64,000 nt of DNA from Dudresnaya verticillata (lineage: Eukaryota). The translations under genes were made by a program, and so were the position numbers. Every line of letters begins with the position of its first letter. Within the stretch, counting starts at the first letter, position 1. Below, one piece after another: positions 10,952 to 24,500 of the stretch. The stretch lies in the NCBI GenBank assembly GCA_977862235.1, contig OZ374566.1:744001-808000 (forward strand). Reading direction: 5' to 3'. The notes under the pieces were generated by a model. The model did not search any database and was not told the origin of the DNA. It saw only the letters and a program-made list of their open reading frames with translations.

Positions 10952-11461
10952 GAAGCTGACGAGAAGCAACTCTAGTAAGGAAGTCGGATTTCGAGAAGAC
11001 CTAATGATGAGCAGTCTGCGTTGCGCTTTTCGGGAGACGCGAGACGAAGAAATGGGAAAGAATTTTTTGTGTGACTGTCACAGTTGTTGGTAATCAGGAA
11101 CTTGCGCAGTAGATATCAAGTAGCATCGGACAGCGCGAAACTCTGCGTGTGGTACTGCAAATTTCGGGACGTACCCTGTCGATGCTCTTGACTAAAACAC
11201 ATAGCTTTTAAACAGTAACTCATTAACCTCTCACCGTCTTTACTGTTCACGGGATACTCTCCCTCCTTACGTCTCCTTCCCGACAGAGGAAACCATTCCC
11301 GTAATCCTGGCTGTTGATGCCATAAACTCTACATACACTGGGAAAACAAGTAACGAGGGCTAGAACATGCACTGCGAACCCGTCTTAGTCAGCGAACAAG
11401 ACGATGAGAACAGCTTCACACAGGCAAAACCATCTGCTTGAGTTTGTTAAACGGTGAAAAC

Positions 11462-13654
<2,193 letters not shown>

Positions 13655-13904
13655 CTACGCTGCGAAGCGATCCGAATCGAAACTGGCCGCCCGAGCACAA
13701 AGTCCCAACCGAAGCGGAAGTACTTCGGGGATACCATACGTGTGCGTGTACTTCTGCATTCCAGCCTTGGCAAGCCGCGTCTTCATCACCTTACGCCCAC
13801 AAGCCTCCTGCCCCCAATCCCAACGCATTAACAGAAAAAAGAACATCACCTGTTCCGACCCTCAGGGTCGGACCTTCACCAGGTAAACCCCCTGTACCGT
13901 TTGC

Positions 13905-15302
13905 TTGTCCGCCTTGCATTTCGCCCATCCAGCTACCCTGGCTTCCCAAGAAAAGCCACCGAAACCGCCAGCAGGAGTCCCGCCGGCAGTACGTCCAGCA
14001 TTCCCAGCAAAACCTTCTTTACCGAAGCCCACCACACCACATCCTGCCGCAGTTCACCCTGCCCGAACAGAGTCCGTCCAACGGGAGCCCGTCCCACCGG
14101 AGCCCATCCCACCGGAGCCCGTCCCACCGAAGCCCGTCCCACCGGAGCCCGTCCCACCGGAGCCCGTCCCACCGGAGCCCGTCCCATCCGACCCCGCCCC
14201 GTCGGAGCCCGCCCGATCAAAACCCGTCCCACCGGAGCCTACCCCGCAGGGCCGCTTGACAATTCCAACAGCCCGGAATGTATCCTTCAAGCCGCCCAAT
14301 AACCGTGCTGCCCTACGTCTGCACAACCGCCTTCACCGCTGGCGGAGACGTGAGCGCACCCGCCGCCAGGGTCTCTTCGAAGGCCCCTTTGCCGTGCCGA
14401 TATCCAAGGCACCCAACGTGTCACTCGAAGCGCACCGAACGGGCAAAAGCAGCATAACGATCGATTCAATCCCGGTAGTGATCTGCGACGGCTGTGGAGC
14501 ACTTCTGCCATTCCCGGATACGGCGCACGCAGCCTCCTCCGCCTCAACGCTGCCACCAGGCAACCCCACTCAACAGCTATGGATCGTGTGTGAGACGTGC
14601 CGCTTCTACACCGCGCTGGGAACATTGCGCCGCCTGCTGCACCTCCCGGACGACCGCGGTCCGCACCTGCCGCCCGACGTCGCGCGAGCACTGCTTGTAG
14701 AAGCGCTTGGTGCCCCGGACGCATCCTCCGTTAATGATCCACCGCTCAAGGAGTGGTTGCGAGACCCAGCCGCCCGCGAAGCCGGGCTGGACGCGCTTTG
14801 CGGCGTGGTCGGGTTGCGCGATGAGCAGCTCGCCGATAAGGACGTACAGCCCTGTGGGGGCGATGGGACTCTGGACTTGGTGGACGCGGAGCTCTTCTTT
14901 CTGAACAAGCCTATGCCGCCGAGCAGAGATCCGCCCGTACCCTTTTCTATCGCAAAGTTTTGTGCTCATGGTGCAGTTGATGAAGCAAAGGCAAAGCGTG
15001 AGCAGCAAGCGTCCGATGCTACGGAGCGAGGGAAGATGATTGTCATGCAGGCACAGCAGGTGTGGGAGAATGAGAGCGTCGCGGATGCTGACGGGAGCTC
15101 ATGCGAAGCGTCGTTAGCGATTATTCTCAAGCTGCGCGCGCTAGGAAGGGAATATGTTCTCGAGCAGACACGGGCAAGAGTTTACAATCATTCAGAACTC
15201 CGCGTTCCGAAACAACATCAAGCAACCCAGCCTCGCAAAAGCCCGTCCGACCCCAAAAAGTCTGGAAAGCGCCCGCATGGTGCCCAGCCTGAAGAGAAGT
15301 AA
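13905..15302 (+). CDS. Hypothetical Pro-rich protein with a putative C4 zinc ribbon; 5' end unresolved (probably needs an upstream exon)
   Basis: 465-codon open frame with (PEPVP)n, CDGC...CETC pair and basic C-terminus. It starts at TTG; the first in-frame ATG is about 1 kb in. Confidence 0.55.
   Translation: MSALHFAHPATLASQEKPPKPPAGVPPAVRPAFPAKPSLPKPTTPHPAAVHPARTESVQREPVPPEPIPPEPVPPKPVPPEPVPPEPVPPEPVPSDPAPSEPARSKPVPPEPTPQGRLTIPTARNVSFKPPNNRAALRLHNRLHRWRRRERTRRQGLFEGPFAVPISKAPNVSLEAHRTGKSSITIDSIPVVICDGCGALLPFPDTAHAASSASTLPPGNPTQQLWIVCETCRFYTALGTLRRLLHLPDDRGPHLPPDVARALLVEALGAPDASSVNDPPLKEWLRDPAAREAGLDALCGVVGLRDEQLADKDVQPCGGDGTLDLVDAELFFLNKPMPPSRDPPVPFSIAKFCAHGAVDEAKAKREQQASDATERGKMIVMQAQQVWENESVADADGSSCEASLAIILKLRALGREYVLEQTRARVYNHSELRVPKQHQATQPRKSPSDPKKSGKRPHGAQPEEK
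14069..14245 (+). repeat. 15-bp tandem repeat (GGAGCCCGTCCCACC), ~11-12 units, encoding PEPVP
   Basis: Seven near-perfect units at 14084-14188, with degenerate units on both sides. Confidence 0.95.
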
Positions 15303-15447
15303 AGCCCTCAGAGCAACCTACTCCATGTAGACGGTCCCTGTACGACCAAGAGTTTGACCTTGGTTATCTCGGACGCGGGAGCATAGTCACTAGTTACATC
15401 CCGGTCATAGTCAGTGAGAGTCACAGCTGAACCTATCCCGTACCCCT

Positions 15448-17376
15448 TCATATGAAACTTGACTTAACCCCTGGGTTGTTCCGTAAGGTGTCGTAAACCT
15501 CTGTTACTTGGAGGGCATTCTCAACATTCAGCATCATCTCCACTCTCTTGTACCGGCCAGCAGGCTCGACTTGAAATTCAGTATAGGAGACTGGTCGGTT
15601 TAGCACCTTCTCTAGACCTGATGCCAGCGACTTAACAAACTCATCCCCATCATCATGCAGGCCTCCCTCCACCTTAAACTTGTATTCACATGGGAAATTA
15701 ACGGAGCGCTCCAGTGCATGTTGGTCTTGAATATCACTGCCCAAAGTAAACACTTTCCGTTCCAGCTCTTCCTCAACCATGTCCTCCGAAGATGATGAAT
15801 CCGTGCCGATAGTTGGACCAGAAGAGTCTGGTGTTGAGAACTGCAACCTTGTCCTGGGCAACTGGAACGGTGCAGGCGGGTCGCGCGGGTAAAGATCGTC
15901 AATAATAGGGGGTGGGCCCTTGTGTCGACGCGTCCATCGAAACATTTCAGCCGGGTTTGACTCTGCTACGAGTTCGTAGGCCCTACGTGCACTCCACTCT
16001 TTCGACCCCTTGGGGAGCTGTGAAGAGGAATAGGATGCCAAACCACCACTCCAGCCACCCTGCTTACCGCGACGCATTGTTGACATTTCCTGATCTTCCT
16101 CATCTTCTTCGTCCAACTCGTAAGCATATGACTGTCCCTTCTCCGTAATGGTTACGTAGTTATCATCATTCAGTTCCCAGACCTTGCCAACACTTGACCT
16201 GGACGTCAAAGTGAAATCTTCCTCTTCATCCTCATCATCACCATCCTTATAGCTTTCAAGACCAGTATCCTTCTCCTTCTCCAAAAGTGGATCCTTCTCC
16301 AAAAGTGGATCCTTCTCATCATCCAGGTCCTCCTCAATCTCACTCGTGTCATCGTCGCCGTCTTGGTCGTCGTCGTCAACTTCTTCCTCCTCCCGGCCCT
16401 TATCTACGCTGCCAGATTTCACCTGTTCTGGAACTGCAGATGTAGCTTCTACTTCAGATACCTCTGTATCGCCAAGTGCAAACGAAGTTACGGCAGAAAC
16501 ATCCGAGCGTTTGCCACCTTCCACGCCGAGGCCAAGCAATCCACTACTAGACAAAATCTCAGCAGCGCTCTTGATGTCATCATCAGATTCGTCAAATAAA
16601 GCTTCGGTTTTCTCGCCCGTCGCAGCGGGTACTTCATCTTCCGCGAGTACAGTCAACCCTTCCTCAACAGCCTCGTCCTCGTCCAATAGAGAAGTCACCT
16701 CCTCTGCAATAGGCTCCAGAGCATCCTCGGCATCCTCGACGTCGTCGTTGCTATCAGCATCAACGCCATCATTGGGAATACGCGATTGTGAAGAAGAATC
16801 CCTACGCTTAGAAATGGAAGCTAGTGGCATGTCATCCTCTTCATCCTCCGAACTAGCTCGAGCAGCAAGTTCTTCATCCTCGTCTTCCTCGTCGTCATCG
16901 TCTTCATCATCTTCATCATTTACTGCTCCCTCTTCATCTTCATCGTCGTCGTCAGGAAAACCAGCTGACATTTCCAGTTCCTCCTCATTGTCCAATGCGT
17001 TCTCAGTATCGCCCCCCAAATCCAAGAGTGACTCGAGGGGAATGGATTCCTCCTCATCCGATACTATTTCCGGCTCAGCTTTCTCCGCAGCAGCTGCCCA
17101 TTCCGCGAACTCACGATCCTCAGCCTCCTCAGGGTCCATTAACATCGCATCACGGTCCACTTGCGGATACCCATTCGACGAAGAGTCTTCCGCCGGCGCC
17201 GGGATACCAGACGCAGCCCCTGTAGACATGCGAACGGTCCGTTGCGCAACCACAAATCGGCGCTGCCGGACAGAATCCGGGCGTGGAACGCAAGGCTTCG
17301 TCGTCGGGGCCCTTGAGAGTGGTCGAGCGACCCGCACTGGCAGTGCGAACGCAGCCCGCCCAGCACCCTCCGACAT
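15448..17376 (-). CDS. Plastid-targeted highly acidic protein with C-terminal DUF493/YbeD-like domain
   Basis: Transit-like leader MSEGAGRAAFALPVRV..., ~350 aa Asp/Glu-rich region, C-terminal VNFPCEYKFKV...GRYKRV...QVTEVYDTLRNNPGVK. Confidence 0.75.
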   Translation of the reverse strand: MSEGAGRAAFALPVRVARPLSRAPTTKPCVPRPDSVRQRRFVVAQRTVRMSTGAASGIPAPAEDSSSNGYPQVDRDAMLMDPEEAEDREFAEWAAAAEKAEPEIVSDEEESIPLESLLDLGGDTENALDNEEELEMSAGFPDDDDEDEEGAVNDEDDEDDDDEEDEDEELAARASSEDEEDDMPLASISKRRDSSSQSRIPNDGVDADSNDDVEDAEDALEPIAEEVTSLLDEDEAVEEGLTVLAEDEVPAATGEKTEALFDESDDDIKSAAEILSSSGLLGLGVEGGKRSDVSAVTSFALGDTEVSEVEATSAVPEQVKSGSVDKGREEEEVDDDDQDGDDDTSEIEEDLDDEKDPLLEKDPLLEKEKDTGLESYKDGDDEDEEEDFTLTSRSSVGKVWELNDDNYVTITEKGQSYAYELDEEDEEDQEMSTMRRGKQGGWSGGLASYSSSQLPKGSKEWSARRAYELVAESNPAEMFRWTRRHKGPPPIIDDLYPRDPPAPFQLPRTRLQFSTPDSSGPTIGTDSSSSEDMVEEELERKVFTLGSDIQDQHALERSVNFPCEYKFKVEGGLHDDGDEFVKSLASGLEKVLNRPVSYTEFQVEPAGRYKRVEMMLNVENALQVTEVYDTLRNNPGVKSSFI

Positions 17377-17662
17377 GGTGCGAGGCAAGGCGCACACGGA
17401 GGATGGAAGGCCTGGAAAGAACGAGGAAGTCCCGAATCAGCCTTAGCGCGGGCTCTGTAGCTGAACAGTGTTGCAGAGACCTTGTTCTCAAGCGCGGGGG
17501 CGGGTTGATCTCCCTCCTGCTGCGATTGAGCCATTTCTGAGCCGCTGTTTTCAGATGCAATGCAGTCAAGGCATTTTGCAATTTCACGTGCAATAGAACC
17601 GCCGCCGTTGTCCTTCAAAACAGCACATTTTCGCATTTTCAAGAGGACGAAGAGTAGCCGCA

Positions 17663-18646
17663 ATGTTGCAAACCTCACCGGCCGTCCTGCCGCCTGCGGC
17701 TCAGGAAGCCATGGCAGCATTGATGTGTTCAGCGGCGAAAAGTAGAACGCGGGGCCGTGTTCATAGCCCTAACGCAACAGCTCGGGAAAGCATTGCCTTT
17801 TCAAGCCACTTCCAGTCTCGGGGTTTGGGTCACCAATGTATTATCCGAAGATGCCGAAACAGTGGCACACTGTCAAGCACTCGAGCATCTTACAAGACTG
17901 GAAAAGCCACCCCTGAAACCAGAGTATTCATTGATGCCTCCATGATGCCTGGCTCAACGCTCAATCTCCCACCAGCTGAAGTGGCGCACTTACGCGCTCG
18001 GCGCATCGCACGAGGTTCCCGCGTAACCCTGTTCAACAGTGCTGGATCCGTCGCAGTTGGTTTGCTCCAAGACGCTGGAGAAGTACTCGTTCTTCAGATG
18101 CGCGAGGACATCAAGGTCGCAGAGCGCCGTGTTTCAGCACTGATGGGTCTTCCAAAGAATCCCGGGCGCTCGGACTGGGCTGTTGAGAAGCTCACTGAGC
18201 TTGGCGTAGCGTCCATATTCTTTGCGAGGACAGCCCGGGCAGTGGCGGGGGGTCCAGGAGACAAGCGCTTTAACCGCTGGGAACGCCTAGCCATAGCGGC
18301 ATCCAAACAAAGTTTACGCAATGAAGTACCTTCTGTTGGTTATTGCAATTCATTCTCAGAAATCATGGAAAGAGTCAGCCGTGTGGATCTCGCTTTGTTA
18401 CTAAGCGCAAACGGAGATCCGTTGCTGTCCAACACTTCTGTAGCGGCAGTGAAGAAGGCTACAAACATAATTATTCTTGCTGGACCGGAGGGGGGGTATA
18501 CTGCAGACGAAGAGCGAATGCTAAGTCAAGCTGGGGCACGCTGCATTAACTTAGGACCGTCAAGACTGAGAGTGGAAACTGCTGTTGTGGCAGCAGTAGC
18601 GGTTCTGCTTCAACTCGAACTCAGTGAACAGTTTTCGCAGCAATAG
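17663..18646 (+). CDS. rsmE: 16S rRNA m3U1498 methyltransferase (SPOUT), organelle-targeted; start uncertain
   Basis: HLRARR, VEKLTELGV, RWERLAIAASKQS, AGPEGG, LGPSRLRVETA. Confidence 0.9.
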   Translation: MLQTSPAVLPPAAQEAMAALMCSAAKSRTRGRVHSPNATARESIAFSSHFQSRGLGHQCIIRRCRNSGTLSSTRASYKTGKATPETRVFIDASMMPGSTLNLPPAEVAHLRARRIARGSRVTLFNSAGSVAVGLLQDAGEVLVLQMREDIKVAERRVSALMGLPKNPGRSDWAVEKLTELGVASIFFARTARAVAGGPGDKRFNRWERLAIAASKQSLRNEVPSVGYCNSFSEIMERVSRVDLALLLSANGDPLLSNTSVAAVKKATNIIILAGPEGGYTADEERMLSQAGARCINLGPSRLRVETAVVAAVAVLLQLELSEQFSQQ

Positions 18647-19637
18647 CCGACTTCCTTCTGAAGCGCATGCGACAGCAGAGGAAAGAAATGCGGTCAAGGT
18701 TTCATGCAGTTTGAAACGATTTCAGAACACACAATACGCAAAGCGATGTAGTCATTTATTCATGCGAAGAAGATGATCAATTCTGGCAAGGGCTCTCCTG
18801 TCCGGCTAATGTGATGCTTTTCACTGATACACACCAACATCGGCAAGCAGCAAGCAGCATTCGCTGTAACCATTCAATGATAAGCACACATAACGCAGCT
18901 CCTCGTCTTTCTGGATTTTGAGGAAACTGAAACTTGTCGAACAACACGCTTCGTCACTGATGTGCAGCCCGAGCAGCCACATGCTTTAGGTTTGACAACA
19001 GAAGGATACCACCTGGGCCTGATGTTCAACTTTGCCTGAAGTCTCTCGCCAGTACACTTTTCACAGCAGCAAGGGTCGCTAGGTTTCAAGCAAGGGCACC
19101 CGAAGTTACTGGCAAGATTGCTGCCTATAGGGTTTTCCAAGATAAAGGTACTTAGACATTTTTTCCCCGTCAAGCACATTTTTTCGTCGAGTAGTAGGCT
19201 TGCGTTACACGTTCTGTGGAAGCGGAGAAGCCTTGCCTTCTCCAAAGGAAGAGAAGTAATGAGAAGCGAGAGGACAGGGGCTGATGAAGACAATGCACTG
19301 CGCTTGGAAAGGAGGCTTGTCTAGTGCAGCTCCAGCTAAGCTTTTAAGAGCTAGAAAGTTGTCCCAGGCGACGCCCGAAGGAACAAATCTGGCCAGATAT
19401 TAACTGTTACTGGCTAGATGCCGCCACCGCAGCAGGCTTGCACCATCGCATTGCGAAGGACACGTTTGACAACATCCGTGACGGCTCTGCACTGGAAGTA
19501 AACGACATTTCGAATGGAAGGACTTAGTATATGCCTTGAGGCGTTCGTTGCTTCACATGTCCACAAGTTTTTATAGCCGAGAGCACGAACGCCCAAAAGG
19601 GAGAGCTACTACTGGTACCGTTGTGCAATAACATAAT

Positions 19638-19779
19638 CATACAAAAACGTACTCCCGTTGGCTTCAGTTGAGCAGAAGGGGCATCTGCTCAATTCCAGTT
19701 TCTCCTAGACGCGAAAGAGCCTTTGGGGTTTTGGGTTGCATAAGAAGTCCAAAACTCACGTCAGTGCTCTTGGAGAGGA

Positions 19780-19811
<32 letters not shown>

Positions 19812-21058
19812 CCTTTTTGGAAACCGGAGGCATGATTAAATTGGGTGCTTAAAGTGCTGAATCCCTTAACCAGGATCCATGAAAAGCGTTCCTGGTACAA
19901 CATTTGCCGTGATGGCTGAGAAAAGACGCCCTCCAAGGACTTTCCCAAAACTTTGATATAGCATCACGGCAAAGGCAGGGAGCTACTCAACGCTGACGCT
20001 AAAGCACGCCGAAAATCTTTCGAGGGTGCGCTAGAGAGTCATACCTTTCTGTTGTACAGCATTCAAGCGTGCTCTTTGAGGACCGCCACTTTTCGTCGAA
20101 TAGTATAGTTGTACGCATGAACGGCGTGAGAATGGGACTAAAACCCAGAAACGGAGAGATTTTACTTTGCACGGTTGCGCCGACTGCATCTGTTAGAACA
20201 GGATTGTGTGGACAAAGGTACGTACCGCTTTAAAAGAGGTGTCCTGCTGGATGTAGACAATGGTTGCAACAGCACAGATGCATTCAAGCCCCTGCACTGG
20301 CGCATTTCGATCAAAATGAGATGGCCCAATTGCGATTCCCATTGAAGCTTCTGAATCTGACGTTCCGATGCAGCAACCGCGGTCTGAAGTTCAAGCGGTG
20401 CAAACAGAACGACCCGGAACATTTTTTGATACAACGCCTCATGCGTAAGAAGTAGCGTGCGGTTGATCACCAGTTAGGGCAAAGCACCGTTCAACAGCAC
20501 CAAAAAGCGATGGTCAACAGGGTCCATCACTTCTGTCTACAGTTTCTTCAACTCTTCACCCAATCTGAAGCAAGCGTTGATGTGGAGAAATAAGCCGAAT
20601 GTGAATAAAAACGTTTTGATCTGGTATGCATCGCTCACTTACTCGACACAATCTCTCTCCATGCCGCCCGCTTTAAAAAACGTGCTTGTGCTCGACAACT
20701 ACTTTACAGAATCCATGCAGTTTGTCATCAAGAAGTACTAGCCTGTCCGCATAACAGTATAACTCTACACTAACTTCTGGGGAACTTTTGATAGCTGCCA
20801 TTTGCCAACAAGGTATCCCAAAGCCACCCTTGAGAGGCTAATGGCCCTATTGGATTATCGCCCAATGATTCAGACTAGTTCAATCACTTGGATAAACTAC
20901 GGAAGACCTGCCGGAGAGGTATGTTCAATTTTCGATTAGGGGGAAAGTCATCATGAGGTTAGTTACAACGGCATAACAAAGGTGGATGCATACAAAACGT
21001 ACACTCGTCAGCTTCAGTTGAGCAGAAGGGACATCTGCAAATCCAGTTTTCTCCTAGA
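19638..21058. repeat. Dispersed ~70-bp imperfect direct repeat (19638-19709 and 20989-21058)
   Basis: Identical core GCTTCAGTTGAGCAGAAGGG at 19661 and 21011, with similar flanks (CATACAAAA..CGTAC; CATCTGC..TCCAGTTT..CTCCTAGA). Confidence 0.85.
19781..19810 (+). repeat. G30 homopolymer
   Basis: 30 consecutive G. Confidence 0.95.
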
Positions 21059-21557
21059 AACAGTCAAGCAGCCGTTAGGTAGGGAGTAAGCACAAAAACT
21101 TATGCGCTGCAGCTTCTTGACTGTGCTGCGGCAAAACTCCGTTCACATCCTGTTGCACGCTGTGCTCAAGACTTTACTGGGTGCTTGGCTCGGAAAGCAC
21201 CTGGCTAGCACATGCGGGGACATAGGCTACACAAGTACATACGATGTAGCAGGATAAGCCCCGGGAGCCTGTCCTTTGGAATGGTCGAGTTTGAGACATG
21301 TACACGTATATTGTAATTAGCAAGGCGAACACGCATATTTAGCAAGGATGCCTTGAACTACTTGGAGGCGGACGCGAATCCCGTTACTCAGTATGTCTTC
21401 TCAGTGAACACTGCTAAACCTTTCGAAATTAGACTGCGCAACGCTCGTGTCGCCAAGGGTCTCATGAACCAACAGGGAATTCGGAGCTCATGTCTGCTCA
21501 TCGAAAACGTTTACTCTTCTACATCAAGCGTCAGGCGCTGACGATTAAAACAAGCCC

Positions 21558-24500
21558 CTACACTTCCTCCTCAGCGGTCTGAAGCCAATCAATGAATTTG
21601 CATGTCTGAAGCAAGACCTTATCCTTCCCTCCTACTGCATCACTCTTGTCGGTGTCTTCCTTCCACTTGATGAACACATCCTCCTCAACGATGTCAGAGT
21701 AATATAAACAATTGAAGGCAATATGCCCTGGCTTATCTGTGTCTTCCTCTTTGTGTGCTGGCAATCTGTCCATGTTCTGAAAGATAAACAACTGCGTTTC
21801 GAGCAAAGCAGCCATTTGAACATCTTTCGGGATTTGGTTCTTGAACAGTGCCGCAAGCGGCTGGCCCACGATTCGGCCAAAAGTGTCCTTAATACTCTCG
21901 GGAGGAGACGAAAACAGCCAGTCAAAGCTCAATCTGATCACCATTCGCATCATGTCCTCACTCTGCAGCTCAGTCGGGGAAACACCATCTGCATTCAGAA
22001 CGGCGGTGACAGACTCACTGGTGGCCTTGTCGACCAAGACTTCCTTAAGGCGAATCTGAATGGGAAGGAGGGGAACCAAGAAAGTTACACCTTGACCCTG
22101 CAGCATGTCTTGCAACGAAGACAAACCCTTCATTGGGTTGAAACTATCCATCTTTGCAGCTATGTCAACACCCAAGCCGCGGAAAGCAACCTTCACCAAT
22201 CTCTGCCGTTCGGATTCGTCCGAAACGGTTGCTCCCAGGGCCTTGTGCACTGCGGCGAGCACATGAACGATGAGCTTCGTACCCTTCTTGGGGTCGCTTA
22301 TCTTCGCCACGCTGTCCTTGATAAACTCTAGACCGAAGAGGGGATCCTTCTCATCACTTAGCTTCTTTGTTGCAGCAACAGCACCAATGTACTTGCCCAC
22401 ATAGTCACACGCGCGTGGGTTGTCCATCTCGAGATCGGGCAGCGCAGCTATGACTGCCTTGAAACCTGCTCCGAAGTCCTTTCCAGGAATCCTTTCCTTG
22501 AGCAACCCTTGGAACGCAGGGATACTCTTCTCCAAATCTGCTTGGCGAGCGTCAAGAGAAACCTTGACCGCCTCTTCCACGAACTTGGGATAATTTGGGG
22601 GAGGAATGTCTTGTTTTATGCACTCTTCCACCTCCACGAGATCCCCAGACAACCAATACTCTTGTAGCATGGATTTTGCCTTCTGCCGAACCAGCTCGAC
22701 ATCCATTAACTTGGGTTTCTGCTCGACAGGCTCGGCCTTTTGCTGCGCAGGGCGGCGAGAGGATGGTTGCCACTTCTTAGCCACACCCGGGCGTTTCATT
22801 TCACTGTGCGCAGAAGTGTTTTCACGTGATTCTGACAACCCTGCAAGAGCACCATATTTCCCACCAGCACTCCGTGACAGCCCACTCGACGCCGAGTTTC
22901 CAGTGTTTCCTTTTGGACCCAGGCGTACTCCTTGGAAACTAGATGGGGCATTAGAAGCTGCGCGGTTAGCGTGCTTCTCAAGCATGAAATTGGATCGCGA
23001 TACGCTGCTCCCGCTTCTCTGCCGAGAAGCCATGGTCATGGCCGATACTCGGGGAGGGAAGTTTTGCGAACCTCTATCGCGGCCGTGCATGCCTCCACCG
23101 CCGCGCCTTCTATCCCGTGCCGCGGCCTGCGCATCCGCTTTCGCGCGCTCTTCCTTTTCAATATCCTGGTGAATCTCCTTAATCGTCTTCGCTCCGGCTT
23201 CCTCGCGTCTCACCTTCCAGCCGTTGGCGCGCTGCTCAATGAGATCCTGAAGCATGAACCTGATACGAGCAGGAAGACTGTGATCCTGTGCCATTGTGAT
23301 AAGGGGCTTGAAGTACCCATCCATGTGCTGCCCTGCTTCCTTGTTGGCACTCAGCTTCTCTCCAGTCTTGCTGAGAAGTTTGCACAAGGCCTCCAGCACG
23401 TCTTCCTCCTTGGTACCAATACCAAGGACTAAAAGCTTCTGAATGCAATGCCGATGAATAGTAGACTCCCTCAGTAGGTCCTTCAAGAACAGTTCTCCAA
23501 TGAACCGAACGTTTGCAAGCATTCTGCGCTTCGCCTTGGTGGCCTCCAACGCGGCCTGCTCTCTCTCCAATCTTTCCCTGTTTGCTTGCTGACGAATCTC
23601 TTCCGGCGTCAGCTCTCTGTCGGGACCATCCGCGTTGTTGGGATCACCACCCCCACCACCACCCTGTGGCGGCGAGTCGCCCTCATTCGGATCCTTCTTC
23701 TTACATACCTCCGCGGCAGCCTCATTGGATGGGTCCTCGTCCGGAGCATCACCGTTCTGTACTGGTGCCGTGTTGGCATCAGCAAAGCGAGTAAACTCCT
23801 CCTTGCAGTTGTTAAGGAGGATGTTTCTGAAGTAAATCGCCTTTCCGTTGCTATCCTTAACATTAGCCTTGTGCAGCATGTCCCGTGTGGCTAAGTCTAA
23901 CCGTCTGCAAAGTTCTGCATACATACCAGAGAACTTCGGTTCGAACAGGGCCTTTTCAAAGACCTCCTTCACAACGCCTGTTAGAATCTCATAGCTGGAA
24001 ATGTCAATGTCAATGATCTGCTTAAAGATCTTTTCAAATTTTTCCAAAGTTAGTTTGTTCAGCAGCGAACGAATTTGCTTGACCTTGCCAGCAATCTCGC
24101 CGTCACTCTCCCTATCCCGCTTCCACCCATGCTCCGACTTCTTGAGCTTCTCTACTGGAGCGTGGTTAACAAACGGATCTATTGGACCGTGGCCATTGCG
24201 CACCGGACCGTCGTAACGCCCGCCTCCATGGCGAGAACCGCGCGGGTCTCGCATGTGCTGCTGGCCCTTGGGCGCTGGCGGCGGGTTCTGCGAACGTGCA
24301 GATCGAAGATCAAACGCATCGTATGGCCCAACACCCATCACTCCTGGAGCAACCGAGCCTCGGACGGGACCCATGTAGCCTGGGCCACCTGGCGGGAATG
24401 CGCGCTTGCCACGAGGGTCAACTGACAACGGACCGGGCTGCGCTCTCATGGACCGCGTCCCTCTCGGGTCCCCATTTCTCGAATTTGAAGAAGGCGGCGT

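Noticed and set aside
14069..14245. Repeat array as a CRISPR
   Set aside because: Head-to-tail 15-mers without spacers, inside a eukaryotic ORF, with no cas genes.
16346..17446. 366-aa poly-Ser ORF
   Set aside because: Antisense mirror of the Asp/Glu-rich gene.
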